A stretch of DNA of 39,365 nucleotides from Candidatus Parcubacteria bacterium. GTDB lineage: Bacteria > Patescibacteriota > Minisyncoccia > Phycocordibacterales > PALSA-1337. The notes under the pieces are model-generated. The model saw only the letters and a list, made by a program, of their open reading frames with translations. It was not told the origin of the DNA and made no database searches. Location of the stretch: NCBI GenBank assembly GCA_034666165.1, contig JAXDMJ010000046.1:1-39365 (forward strand), in the 5' to 3' direction. Position numbers and translations under genes: made by a program. Below are positions 31,527 to 39,365 of this stretch, piece after piece (position 1 is the first letter of the stretch; every line of letters begins with the position of its first letter).

Positions 31527-33671
31527 ATGCAACGGGACTATCCTCTCGAGCGAGTACGCAACTTCGGCATCATCGCCCATATCGACGCCGGCAAGACGAC
31601 CACGTCGGAGCGCATTTTGTATTACACGGGCATGACGCACAAGATCGGCGAGGTACATGAGGGCGATACGGTCACCGACTGGATGGAGCAGGAGCGCGAG
31701 CGCGGCATCACCATCACCGCCGCCGCCATCACCTGTTTTTGGAATCCGACCTATATGCCGGTGGCCGACATATCGAAAAAAGTCCGTTTCAATATCATAG
31801 ATACTCCCGGCCATATCGATTTTACGGTCGAAGTCAAACGATCCTTGCGCGTGCTCGACGGGGCAGTCGTCGTTTTTGACGGCGTGGCGGGAGTTGAGCC
31901 GCAATCGGAAACGAACTGGCGCTATGCCGACGACGGAAAAGTCCCGCGTTTGTGTTTCATCAATAAAATGGACCGCATGGGCGCCTCTTTCGACAAATCC
32001 TATAAGTCCATTCTCGAGCGCCTCAACAAGAATGCAGTCAGATTCCAGATCCCTATCGGGCTTGAAGGAGAGCACAGAGGTGTCATTGATCTACTCAAGA
32101 TGAAGGCCTACGATTTCGAGGGCGAAATGGGAAATAAGGTCGTGGAAAAGGAGATCCCGGCCGATATGCTCGAGGAGGCAAAAAAGCTCCACGCCGAATT
32201 GGTAGAAAAAATCGTCGAGCATGACGATACGGCTATGCATAAATATCTTGAAGGCGAAGAAGTCTCGGTGGACGAGCTCAAAGCCATCACCAGGACGGCC
32301 GTGATCGGCAACAAGATGTTCCCGGTCTTTACCGGCTCCGCGCTGAAGAATATCGGCGTCCAACTCGTGCTCGATGCTGTTATCGACTATCTGCCGTCGC
32401 CCTCGGATTTGCCTCCGGTCAAGGGAATAGACCCGCGGACGGGAGAGGAAATCACGCGCAAGCCGAGCGATGACGAGCCTTTCTCTGCTTTGGCTTTCAA
32501 GCTGCAGAATGACCCGTTCGTCGGCGCACTAACCTTTTTCAGGGTCTATTCCGGAACGATCGAGGCCGGCACCTATTTGTATAATTCAACGACCGGAAAA
32601 AAGGAACGCCTTGGCCGCATCGTCCGCCTGCAGGCCAACAAACGCGAGGAAGTCAAGAAAGTCTTCTCCGGCGAGATCGCCGCGGCCGTCGGTCTCAAAG
32701 ATGCGCTGACCTCACATACTTTTTGCGATGAGAACAACCCGATCGTCCTTGAAGTCATCAAATTCATGGAGCCTGTCGTTTCGCTACGGATCGAGCCCAA
32801 GACCAAGGCCGATCAGGAAAAAATGGGCATGGGTCTGAAGAAGTTAGCCAATGAGGACCCGACCTTCAAGATCACTTCAAATCAGGAAACGGGCGAGACC
32901 ATCATTTCCGGCATGGGAGAGCTCCACCTTGAGATCATGGTTGACCGCCTCAAACGCGAGTTTGCCGTCGAAGCCAATGTCGGTGAGCCCCAAGTCGCCT
33001 ACAGGGAGACGATTACCGGCACGGCCGAAGCCGAGCATAAATACATCAAGCAAACCGGAGGCAAAGGCCAATATGGTCACGTGCGCCTGACTGTGCGGCC
33101 GATGGAACCGTGGCCGAAAGGCGAGAAAATACCCAAATCCGTCCACCGTTATGACGACTTCGAATTCATAAACTCCATCAAAGGCGGCGTGATTCCCAAC
33201 GAATTCATCCCGGCCGTGGAAAAAGGCGTCCATGAAGCCATGGACCGCGGGATCGTGGCCGGATACAAAATGGTCAATATTTCTTGCGAACTGACTTTTG
33301 GCTCATACCATGACGTCGATTCGTCGGAAATCGCTTACAAAATAGCCGCTTCGCAGGCATTTCAAGATGCCGCCAAGCGCGCCAGACCAGTTATTCTTGA
33401 GCCGATCATGCGTCTTGAAGTCGTCGCTCCGGAAAAATATATGGGCGATATCAACGGCTCGATCGCGTCGAAACGCGGCACGATCGAAGGCACCGAGCCC
33501 AAAGGGCAAGCTCTGGCCATTCATGCTAAAGTCCCGCTCTCGGAAATGTTTGGCTATACTACGCAACTGCGTTCTATGACTTCGGGGCAGGGTAGTGCCA
33601 TGATGGAATTCGATCATTACGAAACCGTGCCGGCCAATGTGGCGGAAGGCATTAAAGAAAAACGCAAGTAG
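31527..33671 (+). CDS. fusA: Elongation factor G
   Basis: 714 aa. It has G1 AHIDAGKTT, G3 DTPGHIDF and G4 NKMD. Domain IV/V blocks include ETGETIISGMGELHLEI and GKGQYGHV. Confidence 0.98.
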   Translation: MQRDYPLERVRNFGIIAHIDAGKTTTSERILYYTGMTHKIGEVHEGDTVTDWMEQERERGITITAAAITCFWNPTYMPVADISKKVRFNIIDTPGHIDFTVEVKRSLRVLDGAVVVFDGVAGVEPQSETNWRYADDGKVPRLCFINKMDRMGASFDKSYKSILERLNKNAVRFQIPIGLEGEHRGVIDLLKMKAYDFEGEMGNKVVEKEIPADMLEEAKKLHAELVEKIVEHDDTAMHKYLEGEEVSVDELKAITRTAVIGNKMFPVFTGSALKNIGVQLVLDAVIDYLPSPSDLPPVKGIDPRTGEEITRKPSDDEPFSALAFKLQNDPFVGALTFFRVYSGTIEAGTYLYNSTTGKKERLGRIVRLQANKREEVKKVFSGEIAAAVGLKDALTSHTFCDENNPIVLEVIKFMEPVVSLRIEPKTKADQEKMGMGLKKLANEDPTFKITSNQETGETIISGMGELHLEIMVDRLKREFAVEANVGEPQVAYRETITGTAEAEHKYIKQTGGKGQYGHVRLTVRPMEPWPKGEKIPKSVHRYDDFEFINSIKGGVIPNEFIPAVEKGVHEAMDRGIVAGYKMVNISCELTFGSYHDVDSSEIAYKIAASQAFQDAAKRARPVILEPIMRLEVVAPEKYMGDINGSIASKRGTIEGTEPKGQALAIHAKVPLSEMFGYTTQLRSMTSGQGSAMMEFDHYETVPANVAEGIKEKRK

Positions 33672-33695
33672 TGCACGAAAAATATGCTTCAAGCG

Positions 33696-33714
33696 TGTGG
33701 ATACCTGTGGATAA
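33696..33714 (+). promoter_or_regulatory. Two tandem DnaA-box-like 9-mers
   Basis: TGTGGATAC (33696-33704) has one mismatch. TGTGGATAA (33706-33714) is the exact reverse complement of TTATCCACA. Both have the same orientation with a 10-bp period, and they lie 8 nt upstream of the -35 of the next promoter. Confidence 0.4.
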
Positions 33715-33721
33715 CCGGCTC

Positions 33722-33749
33722 TTGCCGGGAGTTTGACGTGCGCTACAAT
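33722..33749 (+). promoter_or_regulatory. Candidate promoter of the inserted surface-protein gene
   Basis: TTGCCG (33722-33727) - 16 nt - TACAAT (33744-33749). Confidence 0.45.
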
Positions 33750-33817
33750 GAATCCACTACCCGAGGCATGGCGCGAGTCATGTCTCTTCTCTTATTACCA
33801 GCGATAACCTTAGTACC

Positions 33818-34990
33818 ATGTTCAACGATCAATCTTTCTTCGGCAGTGACTTCAAGTATGTGCTCATACTGACGCTTTTAGCCTGTATGAGCTACACGCT
33901 GCCGCCCGTTCAGGCGGCTCTCCAAGCGGCCGCGCCGGACTATTCATGGCTTGATGCTGGGTCGAATTCTTCCGTCGCCGTGGTAAGCGGAGACCAAATG
34001 GCCCAAGCTTATGCCACACCGTATCCGTCATCGTCGCCGACCCCGTGCCCTTCGGGATTCGTCTGCATACCGTCCAATCAATACCCGTTGGTCTGCAAAG
34101 CGGCTTTGCTCACAGTTTCCGTCGATCCATCCTCGCCAGAGAAGAGCTATGTGGAAGTCTCGGCCAGCACCTCGACCGACGTTGTCCTCGCCGTGTACGA
34201 CGTCAAATCTGAAACATTGAGTTCGTATCTCCGCAGTCTGAATATCGTCGTCCGCAGCACCAAATGGGGAGCTGCCGAGACCTTCAGTTTCATTAAATTG
34301 AAAGTGGGCAATGCGACAAACGTGACCGTGCCAGTCGGGACAACGACATATTTCAGAAACTTGGCCATACAGTTGCCGGCCGGCCAGACGGTTCCTCTAT
34401 TGATCATCGGCACGGTCAAGCCGAATACCGACGGCCGCTTGAGCGGTTCAGTCCTTTCGACAACGCTGACGGCCAACGCGACGAATGTGAGGGTTGACGA
34501 CGGAATGAACAACCCGATTCCGGCCACTCCCGGAGTATTCACGAGCAATGAACTGACGCTGGCTTCAGGTCTCCTGGTCAACAATGCATCCTTGGTCACG
34601 TCACCGCCCTCCGCGGACGCGAACAACATGAACATCTCTTATCGCGTGGCGATCTCGTTTACATTGACTGCCGGTCAGAATCCCGTATTTATCGACAAGA
34701 ACGCGAGTAAGACCCTGATCATGGCCTACTTGGGCGCCAGCTCGACGGCCGCCTCTACGACCTGGATTTCCTCGGACGCAAATCCAGCGTCAAGCGCAGA
34801 AGATACGGCGCAATCATTCATGGTCGGCCCCAATGTTACGCGGTCGTTTACTTTTAGCGCAATCATCTCCAGTCTGGGAATTCCGGGAACAGTCAGTTTC
34901 CGAGTGAGCGGCATATCGTACCGTATCGCCACGGCGACTATGACGACTTCGCAAGGACTTGAGCCGCTCTTCTTCTCGGGCAGGTTCTAG
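33818..34990 (+). CDS. Exported S/T/A/V-rich protein, unknown function
   Basis: 390 aa. It has an N-terminal hydrophobic signal-like segment (YVLILTLLACMSYTLPPVQA|A). The body has a beta-rich composition with many N-x-T/S sites. No family recognised. Confidence 0.65.
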   Translation: MFNDQSFFGSDFKYVLILTLLACMSYTLPPVQAALQAAAPDYSWLDAGSNSSVAVVSGDQMAQAYATPYPSSSPTPCPSGFVCIPSNQYPLVCKAALLTVSVDPSSPEKSYVEVSASTSTDVVLAVYDVKSETLSSYLRSLNIVVRSTKWGAAETFSFIKLKVGNATNVTVPVGTTTYFRNLAIQLPAGQTVPLLIIGTVKPNTDGRLSGSVLSTTLTANATNVRVDDGMNNPIPATPGVFTSNELTLASGLLVNNASLVTSPPSADANNMNISYRVAISFTLTAGQNPVFIDKNASKTLIMAYLGASSTAASTTWISSDANPASSAEDTAQSFMVGPNVTRSFTFSAIISSLGIPGTVSFRVSGISYRIATATMTTSQGLEPLFFSGRF

Positions 34991-34999
34991 ACAGTAAAG

Positions 35000-35021
35000 A
35001 TACCCTCTCTAGGGTGTTTTT
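35000..35021 (+). terminator. Rho-independent terminator after the 33818 gene
   Basis: ATACCCT-CTCT-AGGGTGT forms a 7-bp stem with one G.U, running into TTTTT (35017-35021). Confidence 0.6.
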
Positions 35022-35063
35022 GTGCAATGGACTTCGATTTCCGGATGTGAGATAACTATACAT

Positions 35064-36635
35064 ATGAAAAGGTACCTGATCGCCTTAGGATCGGTTATGG
35101 CAGCGTGCGCCGTTGCCGCGGTCGCTGTGGCCCAGAACTATCAATTTAGCCGCGACCTTTCTGTCGGTGCGACTGGTGCCGATGTCGTCAATCTTCAGGA
35201 ATGGCTCCTCGGCCAAGGATACGACATTCCATCGGTCCGTTCCGCTGCCGCCCCAAAGGGATACTTCGGATTGCAGACGCGCGCGGCCGTAGCCGCGTAT
35301 CAAAGAGCCGCCGGCTTGCCGGCGTATGGATTTTTCGGACCGCTCACTCGGACCCGCGTGAATGGAGGAGATTCCCGCGGCGCGTCTCTGCAAGTGATCT
35401 CGCCGAATGGCGGCGAGAAACTGCAAAAAGGCAGCATTCAGACAATCGTCTGGACGGGGGCGGAAGGACTTCTCTCGCATTCAGGAAGCATATCGCTCCT
35501 GTTTTACACGCCGCCCTGTGCTGAACCGTCGGCGTCCATACGCTGCATGATCGCGGTCCGCGAGCCGGCCCTCATCGCTGAGCATGTCAGTCTAAGTTCG
35601 CGCTCATATTCATGGCTCGTCGGAACTATCGTCGAAAATGGCGCGGTCTCCGGAGCGAACGTCTTCGATGGTCAGTATAAGATCCAGATTTGCCCTGAAG
35701 CGAGCTCGGTCTGCGATACGAGCGATGCGTATTTCATAATCTCGTCCAACACCGAGCCAGTCAATCCTTCGGCGCCGGTCATAAGCGGCCTCGACTCTCC
35801 GACGAGGCTCACTGTAAACAAAAACGGCAATTGGACCGTCCATGCGACCGATCCGCAAAATGGCACCCTATTTTATGCGGTCGATTGGGGCGATTCAAGC
35901 GTCGGCGTGCCCTTAGGATATTCAGGTATGACGTCCGCTCCGCAGTTCGTCCAGACTACGACCTTTAACCACACATATCAAAATGTCGGCACCTACGACA
36001 TCGCCTTTACCGTGAAGAACGGCGCCGGCCAGATCACGCAAACGAAAACCTCGGTTCAGGTCGTGCCTGCGATTTCCGACGCCACGCCTCTCGCGGTCAT
36101 TTCGCCGAACGGCGGGGAATTCTGGCAGAGAGGCACGCAAAACATCATCCGCTGGAGTTCGCCTGCGTATTTTCGCCAGACGCTAGCCGATATCAGTCTA
36201 TTTTCGCTGCCAGTTCTCGAACCTTGCCCGGCCGGCTATTCATGCAAGCCGCTTGCCCCTGTGGTCTATACGATCGTCAAGAACATAGATATCAATCAGA
36301 ATGCCTTCGTTTGGAAGGTCGGAGATATCATAGACAGCTCCGTCATGTCTGCGCAGACGCCGGTGAATATAAACGTAGATAATGGCCAATATGGGGTCCG
36401 GATCTGCGAATCCGGGACGAATAATTGCGACGACAGCGACGGACCATTCAATATCGTCGCAGCATTCATCCGAGCCTGCCCGAGCGAGAAAATAATAGAT
36501 GAGATGCCGACCGTGGGTACGAGCTCATTGTCCTCGGCCTATTACCTGTTTAACGGCGAACGGCATGAAATAGGCGAGTTCGACTCGCGATATGTGTTTG
36601 ACGCTTGCCGCGTTCCCGAGCGGACGGTCCATTAG
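35064..36635 (+). CDS. Exported modular surface protein: PG-binding domain, two ISPNGGE-type repeat modules, PKD-like domain
   Basis: 523 aa from ATG 35064, with signal peptide MKRYLIALGSVMAACAVAAVAVA. A PG_binding_1-like segment reads GATGADVVNLQEWLLGQGY...GYFGLQTRAAVAAYQRAAGL. Repeat modules are LQVISPNGGEKLQKGSIQTIVW (nt 35397) and LAVISPNGGEFWQRGTQNIIRW (nt 36099). A PKD-like segment reads YAVDWGDSS...HTYQNVGTYDIAFTVKNGAGQ. Confidence 0.8.
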   Translation: MKRYLIALGSVMAACAVAAVAVAQNYQFSRDLSVGATGADVVNLQEWLLGQGYDIPSVRSAAAPKGYFGLQTRAAVAAYQRAAGLPAYGFFGPLTRTRVNGGDSRGASLQVISPNGGEKLQKGSIQTIVWTGAEGLLSHSGSISLLFYTPPCAEPSASIRCMIAVREPALIAEHVSLSSRSYSWLVGTIVENGAVSGANVFDGQYKIQICPEASSVCDTSDAYFIISSNTEPVNPSAPVISGLDSPTRLTVNKNGNWTVHATDPQNGTLFYAVDWGDSSVGVPLGYSGMTSAPQFVQTTTFNHTYQNVGTYDIAFTVKNGAGQITQTKTSVQVVPAISDATPLAVISPNGGEFWQRGTQNIIRWSSPAYFRQTLADISLFSLPVLEPCPAGYSCKPLAPVVYTIVKNIDINQNAFVWKVGDIIDSSVMSAQTPVNINVDNGQYGVRICESGTNNCDDSDGPFNIVAAFIRACPSEKIIDEMPTVGTSSLSSAYYLFNGERHEIGEFDSRYVFDACRVPERTVH

Positions 36636-36657
36636 CGGCAATTGCGGAATCTTCCGT

Positions 36658-36685
36658 TTGACAATATTTGGCGCCATGATAGCAT
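36658..36685 (+). promoter_or_regulatory. Candidate dedicated promoter of tuf
   Basis: TTGACA (36658-36663) - 16 nt - TAGCAT (36680-36685), preceded by TGa (extended -10). The leader is about 115 nt and contains a perfect 9-bp stem CTTTGGACC/GGTCCAAAG (36765-36790). Confidence 0.5.
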
Positions 36686-36808
36686 GGGCATAACGCGCAG
36701 ATCCTGCGTTTTCATATTGGTACAGAGACACGGTGCCAAGCATGATCACCATTAATCAATTTATCTTTGGACCGGGATCGCGGTCCAAAGCACTAAAACA
36801 ATAATCTC

Positions 36809-37993
36809 ATGGCAGAATTCAATCGCAACAAGCCGCACGTCAACGTCGGCACTATCGGCCACGTCGATCACGGCAAGTCGACCCTGACCGCCGCTATTCT
36901 CGTCGTTCAGGCCAAGAAAGGCCTGGCCAAAGTCAAGGCTTATGCTGACATCACCAAGGGCGGCACCGTTCGCGATCCCTCAAAGACGGTCACTATCTCT
37001 TTGGCGCACGTCGAATACGAGACGGCCACGCGCCACTACGCCCATATCGACGCTCCCGGCCACGCCGACTACATCAAGAACATGATCACCGGCGCCGCCC
37101 AGATGGACGGAGCCATTCTGGTCGTCTCAGCCACGGACGGCGTCATGCCCCAGACCCGCGAGCACATCCTCCTCGCCAAGCAAGTCGGCGTGCCGAAAGT
37201 GCTGGTTTTTCTCAATAAATGCGATGCAGTCGACGAAAAAGACTTGATCGATCTGGTCGAGGAAGAAGTCCGCGAGCTTCTGACCAAGCAGGGATTTGAC
37301 GGCAAGACCGCCCCGGTGATCCGCGGTTCGGCTCTGAAAGCCCTCGAAGGCGACGCCGCCTGGACGGCCAAGATCGACGAGCTCATGAATGCCCTCGACA
37401 CCTACATTCCTATTCCCGTCCGCGAAGTGGATAAGCCGTTCCTAATGCCGATCGAGGATATCTTTTCGATCGAAGGCCGCGGTACGGTCGTGACCGGCCG
37501 CATCGAGCGCGGCAAAGTGACGCTCAACGAAGAAGTTGAAATCGTCGGCTTCCGCGATACGTCTAAGACGGTAGTTACGGGCATTGAGATGTTCAATAAG
37601 CAGCTCAAAGAGGGCATTGCCGGAGATAATGCCGGTCTGCTCCTTCGGGGCACGGCCAAGGACGACGTGTCCCGCGGCCAAGTGCTCGCCAAGCCGGGTT
37701 CGGTCAAGCCGCATACCGAGTTTGAATCCGAAGTCTATGTCCTCAAAAAGGAGGAAGGCGGCCGTCATACGCCTTTCTTTACCGGCTATAAGCCCCAGTT
37801 TTATATCCGCACGACTGATGTAACCGGCGAAGTAACGCTGCCGGAAAAGGTCGAAATGGTCATGCCCGGCGATACGGTGTCTTTCAAGGTCAAATTGGTC
37901 GCGCCGGTGGCGCTTGAAGAGAAGATGCGCTTTGCCGTCCGCGAAGGAGGCAAGACCGTCGGTGCCGGTGTCGTCACGAAGATCGTCGCCTAG
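36809..37993 (+). CDS. tuf: Elongation factor Tu
   Basis: 394 aa. It has [18 protein letters not shown] and NKCD, and full-length EF-Tu blocks are present. Confidence 0.98.
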   Translation: MAEFNRNKPHVNVGTIGHVDHGKSTLTAAILVVQAKKGLAKVKAYADITKGGTVRDPSKTVTISLAHVEYETATRHYAHIDAPGHADYIKNMITGAAQMDGAILVVSATDGVMPQTREHILLAKQVGVPKVLVFLNKCDAVDEKDLIDLVEEEVRELLTKQGFDGKTAPVIRGSALKALEGDAAWTAKIDELMNALDTYIPIPVREVDKPFLMPIEDIFSIEGRGTVVTGRIERGKVTLNEEVEIVGFRDTSKTVVTGIEMFNKQLKEGIAGDNAGLLLRGTAKDDVSRGQVLAKPGSVKPHTEFESEVYVLKKEEGGRHTPFFTGYKPQFYIRTTDVTGEVTLPEKVEMVMPGDTVSFKVKLVAPVALEEKMRFAVREGGKTVGAGVVTKIVA

Positions 37994-38011
37994 AGCTGGA
38001 AAACGAGATAT

Positions 38012-38428
38012 ATGGCCGAAAAAGCTAAAGTAAAAAAAGAGGCTGGGATAAATGCCGAACCAAAGGCCGGCGTAAAGCCAAAGGCACCGCGCCGCAAGGC
38101 CAAGGATGCCGCAGCCGAAGAAGTGCCTCATCTCCGGATCCGCGTCCGCGCTTACGAGCACAAGATCCTCGATGCCTCGCTGAAGCAGATCATGGATACG
38201 GCCGCGCGCTATGACGCTGAAGTCCACGGGCCGGTGCCGCTGCCGACCGAGATCAAGAAGTATACGGTCAACCGCTCCTCGTTCATCGACAAGAACTCGC
38301 GTGAGCAATTCGAAATGAGGGTCCACAAGCGCCTGATCGACATCATCAATCCGAACCCTAAGGTCATTGAAGCCTTGACCAACCTGAGTCTGCCTTCGGG
38401 CGTCAATATCGACGTCAAGATGATGTAG
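38012..38428 (+). CDS. rpsJ: 30S ribosomal protein uS10 with K/A-rich N-terminal extension
   Basis: 138 aa. The uS10 core begins at LRIRVRAYEHKILD... (E. coli: RIRIRLKAFDHRLID), followed by GPVPLPT and REQFEMRVHKRLIDI. About 38 extra N-terminal residues are MAEKAKVKKEAGINAEPKAGVKPKAPRRKAKDAAAEEV. An internal GTG near 38123 is an alternative start. Confidence 0.9.
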   Translation: MAEKAKVKKEAGINAEPKAGVKPKAPRRKAKDAAAEEVPHLRIRVRAYEHKILDASLKQIMDTAARYDAEVHGPVPLPTEIKKYTVNRSSFIDKNSREQFEMRVHKRLIDIINPNPKVIEALTNLSLPSGVNIDVKMM

Positions 38429-38452
38429 GCGCGCGTCTGACAATTTAATATC

Positions 38453-39061
38453 ATGAAATTTATCTTGGGCAGAAAACTCAATATGACGCAAATTTTCGAC
38501 GACGCCGGCCGGGCCGTTCCCGTCACGGCCGTAGCCGTGCGCGGCAATGTGGTCACGGACGTCCGCACGGCCGAACGAGACGGCTACGAAGCCGTGCAGG
38601 TCGGCGAGGGTTCGCGCAACCCCTCGCGCGTGAGGAAGCCCCAAAAGGGGCATTTTAAAGAGCTCGGCTCATTTGCCTCAGTCAGAGAATTCCGCATGGA
38701 AAAGCCCGACCTTAAGGTGGGGGACAAGATCCCGCTCTCGCAATTCAAAGTCGGCGATGCGGTCATGGTCAGCGCCATTTCAAAGGGCAAAGGATTCCAA
38801 GGCGTGGTCAAGCGCCACGGTTTCCACGGCGGTCCGCGTTCGCACGGCCAGAAGCATTCCGAGCGCGAAGCCGGCTCGATCGGCGGAGGCCTGCGCACGC
38901 ACGTGCCGGTCGGCATGAAGATGGCCGGACGCATGGGCAACGTCCGCGTCACCATCACGAATCTTAAAGTCGCCCACATCGATCCGGCCGACGACATACT
39001 CTATATTAGAGGGGCGATTCCGGGGCGCCGCGGCAGTTTGGTAGAGATCGTTTCGAAATAA
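38453..39061 (+). CDS. rplC: 50S ribosomal protein uL3
   Basis: 202 aa. Motifs are ILGRKLNMTQIFD, GKGFQGVVKRHGF.GG and SHG....R..GSIG. Confidence 0.97.
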   Translation: MKFILGRKLNMTQIFDDAGRAVPVTAVAVRGNVVTDVRTAERDGYEAVQVGEGSRNPSRVRKPQKGHFKELGSFASVREFRMEKPDLKVGDKIPLSQFKVGDAVMVSAISKGKGFQGVVKRHGFHGGPRSHGQKHSEREAGSIGGGLRTHVPVGMKMAGRMGNVRVTITNLKVAHIDPADDILYIRGAIPGRRGSLVEIVSK

Positions 39062-39085
39062 CCGCCGGCATACCTTTTTATCACC

Positions 39086-39365
39086 ATGGAAGCAACCGTC
39101 TACAACCAAATGGGCAAAGCCACCGGAAAAGTCTCGCTTTCCAAAGACATTTTTGGCTTGCCCTGGAATGCCGATCTGGTCCACGAGGTCGTGCGCCTGA
39201 TGAATTCGAATTCGCGCACCAACGTGGCGCACACCAAGACCCGCGGCGAAGTCCGCGGCGGCGGCCGCAAGCCGTACCGCCAGAAGGGCACGGGTCGCGC
39301 TCGGCAGGGCCACCGCACCGCACCGCACTTCCGGGGCGGCGGCGCCGTCTTCGGCCCGCACCCGC
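39086..39365 (+). CDS. rplD: 50S ribosomal protein uL4 (5' partial, runs off the window)
   Basis: This gene is not in the ORF track because it has no stop. My translation from ATG 39086 is MEATVYNQMGKATGKVSLSKDIFGLPWNADLVHEVVRLMNSNSRTNVAHTKTRGEVRGGGRKPYRQKGTGRARQGHRTAPHFRGGGAVFGPHP. This carries the uL4 signature KGTGRARQG...RGGG..FGP. Confidence 0.9.
   Translation, partial: MEATVYNQMGKATGKVSLSKDIFGLPWNADLVHEVVRLMNSNSRTNVAHTKTRGEVRGGGRKPYRQKGTGRARQGHRTAPHFRGGGAVFGPHP

Noticed and set aside
33696-33714. A possible replication origin (oriC), because of the DnaA boxes
   Set aside because: There are only two boxes. No AT-rich unwinding element or further boxes are nearby, and there is no dnaA, dnaN or gidA context. 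The site sits inside the str ribosomal locus. A transcription-factor site is more plausible.
33818-36635. A diversity-generating retroelement target (VR/TR pair) in the surface-protein or pilin genes
   Set aside because: No reverse transcriptase gene is in the window. I could not spot any ~100-bp near-repeat with adenine-specific differences. This cannot be excluded without a computed self-alignment.
37442-38653. A 403-aa minus-strand ORF spanning tuf, rpsJ and the start of rplC
   Set aside because: It is a shadow ORF opposite highly conserved, codon-biased genes. It crosses two intergenic regions, and its translation is Arg/Asp/Gly/Leu-rich with low complexity and no motifs.
1-39365. An alternative genetic code (UGA as Gly/Trp, as in some candidate phyla)
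   Set aside because: TGA terminates several conserved proteins at their expected C-termini (pilB, tpiA, recJ). All conserved genes are intact single ORFs under code 11.

Overview
This is a 39.4-kb chromosomal segment from a compact, moderately GC-rich bacterial genome. It reads with the standard code: TGA, TAA and TAG all terminate conserved proteins. I call 42 protein-coding genes, one of them partial at the right edge. I saw no rRNA, tRNA, CRISPR array, transposase or integrase.

Gene content, left to right:
- clpP-rsmE, a trigger factor lacking its PPIase domain, a membrane H+-pyrophosphatase, and nusA.
- A type IV pilus-like block: pilB, pilC, and a convergent operon of three prepilin-type pseudopilins plus a large PilX-like protein.
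- tpiA-pgk and a HIT hydrolase.
- Two tandem paralogous cassettes of unknown function.
- recJ, and an RNase HI with a C-terminal hybrid-binding domain.
- A more AT-rich, gene-sparse stretch (about 19.6-23.6 kb) holding an orphan gene, a DEAD-box helicase and a UPF0175/DUF3368 (PIN-like) toxin-antitoxin pair.
- An ABC exporter.
- comEC, separated from a degenerate metallo-beta-lactamase-domain gene by an inverted Fe/Mn superoxide dismutase gene.
- A Nudix-like gene, rpmB and an M50 protease.
- The str/S10 ribosomal region: rpsL-rpsG-fusA-[two exported surface proteins]-tuf-rpsJ-rplC-rplD.

The gene set (T4P plus ComEC, H+-PPase, trimmed housekeeping proteins, PG-binding/PKD surface proteins) is consistent with a Candidate Phyla Radiation/Patescibacteria-like organism. 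That is inference only.

The strongest non-gene signal is a -10-like hexamer placed 6-9 nt upstream of the ATG at 11 or more genes, a leaderless-type architecture. Several long non-coding gaps also carry promoter, hairpin or repeat structure that the genes do not explain. All calls rest on reading the sequence and ORF translations by eye. No searches or folding were run.
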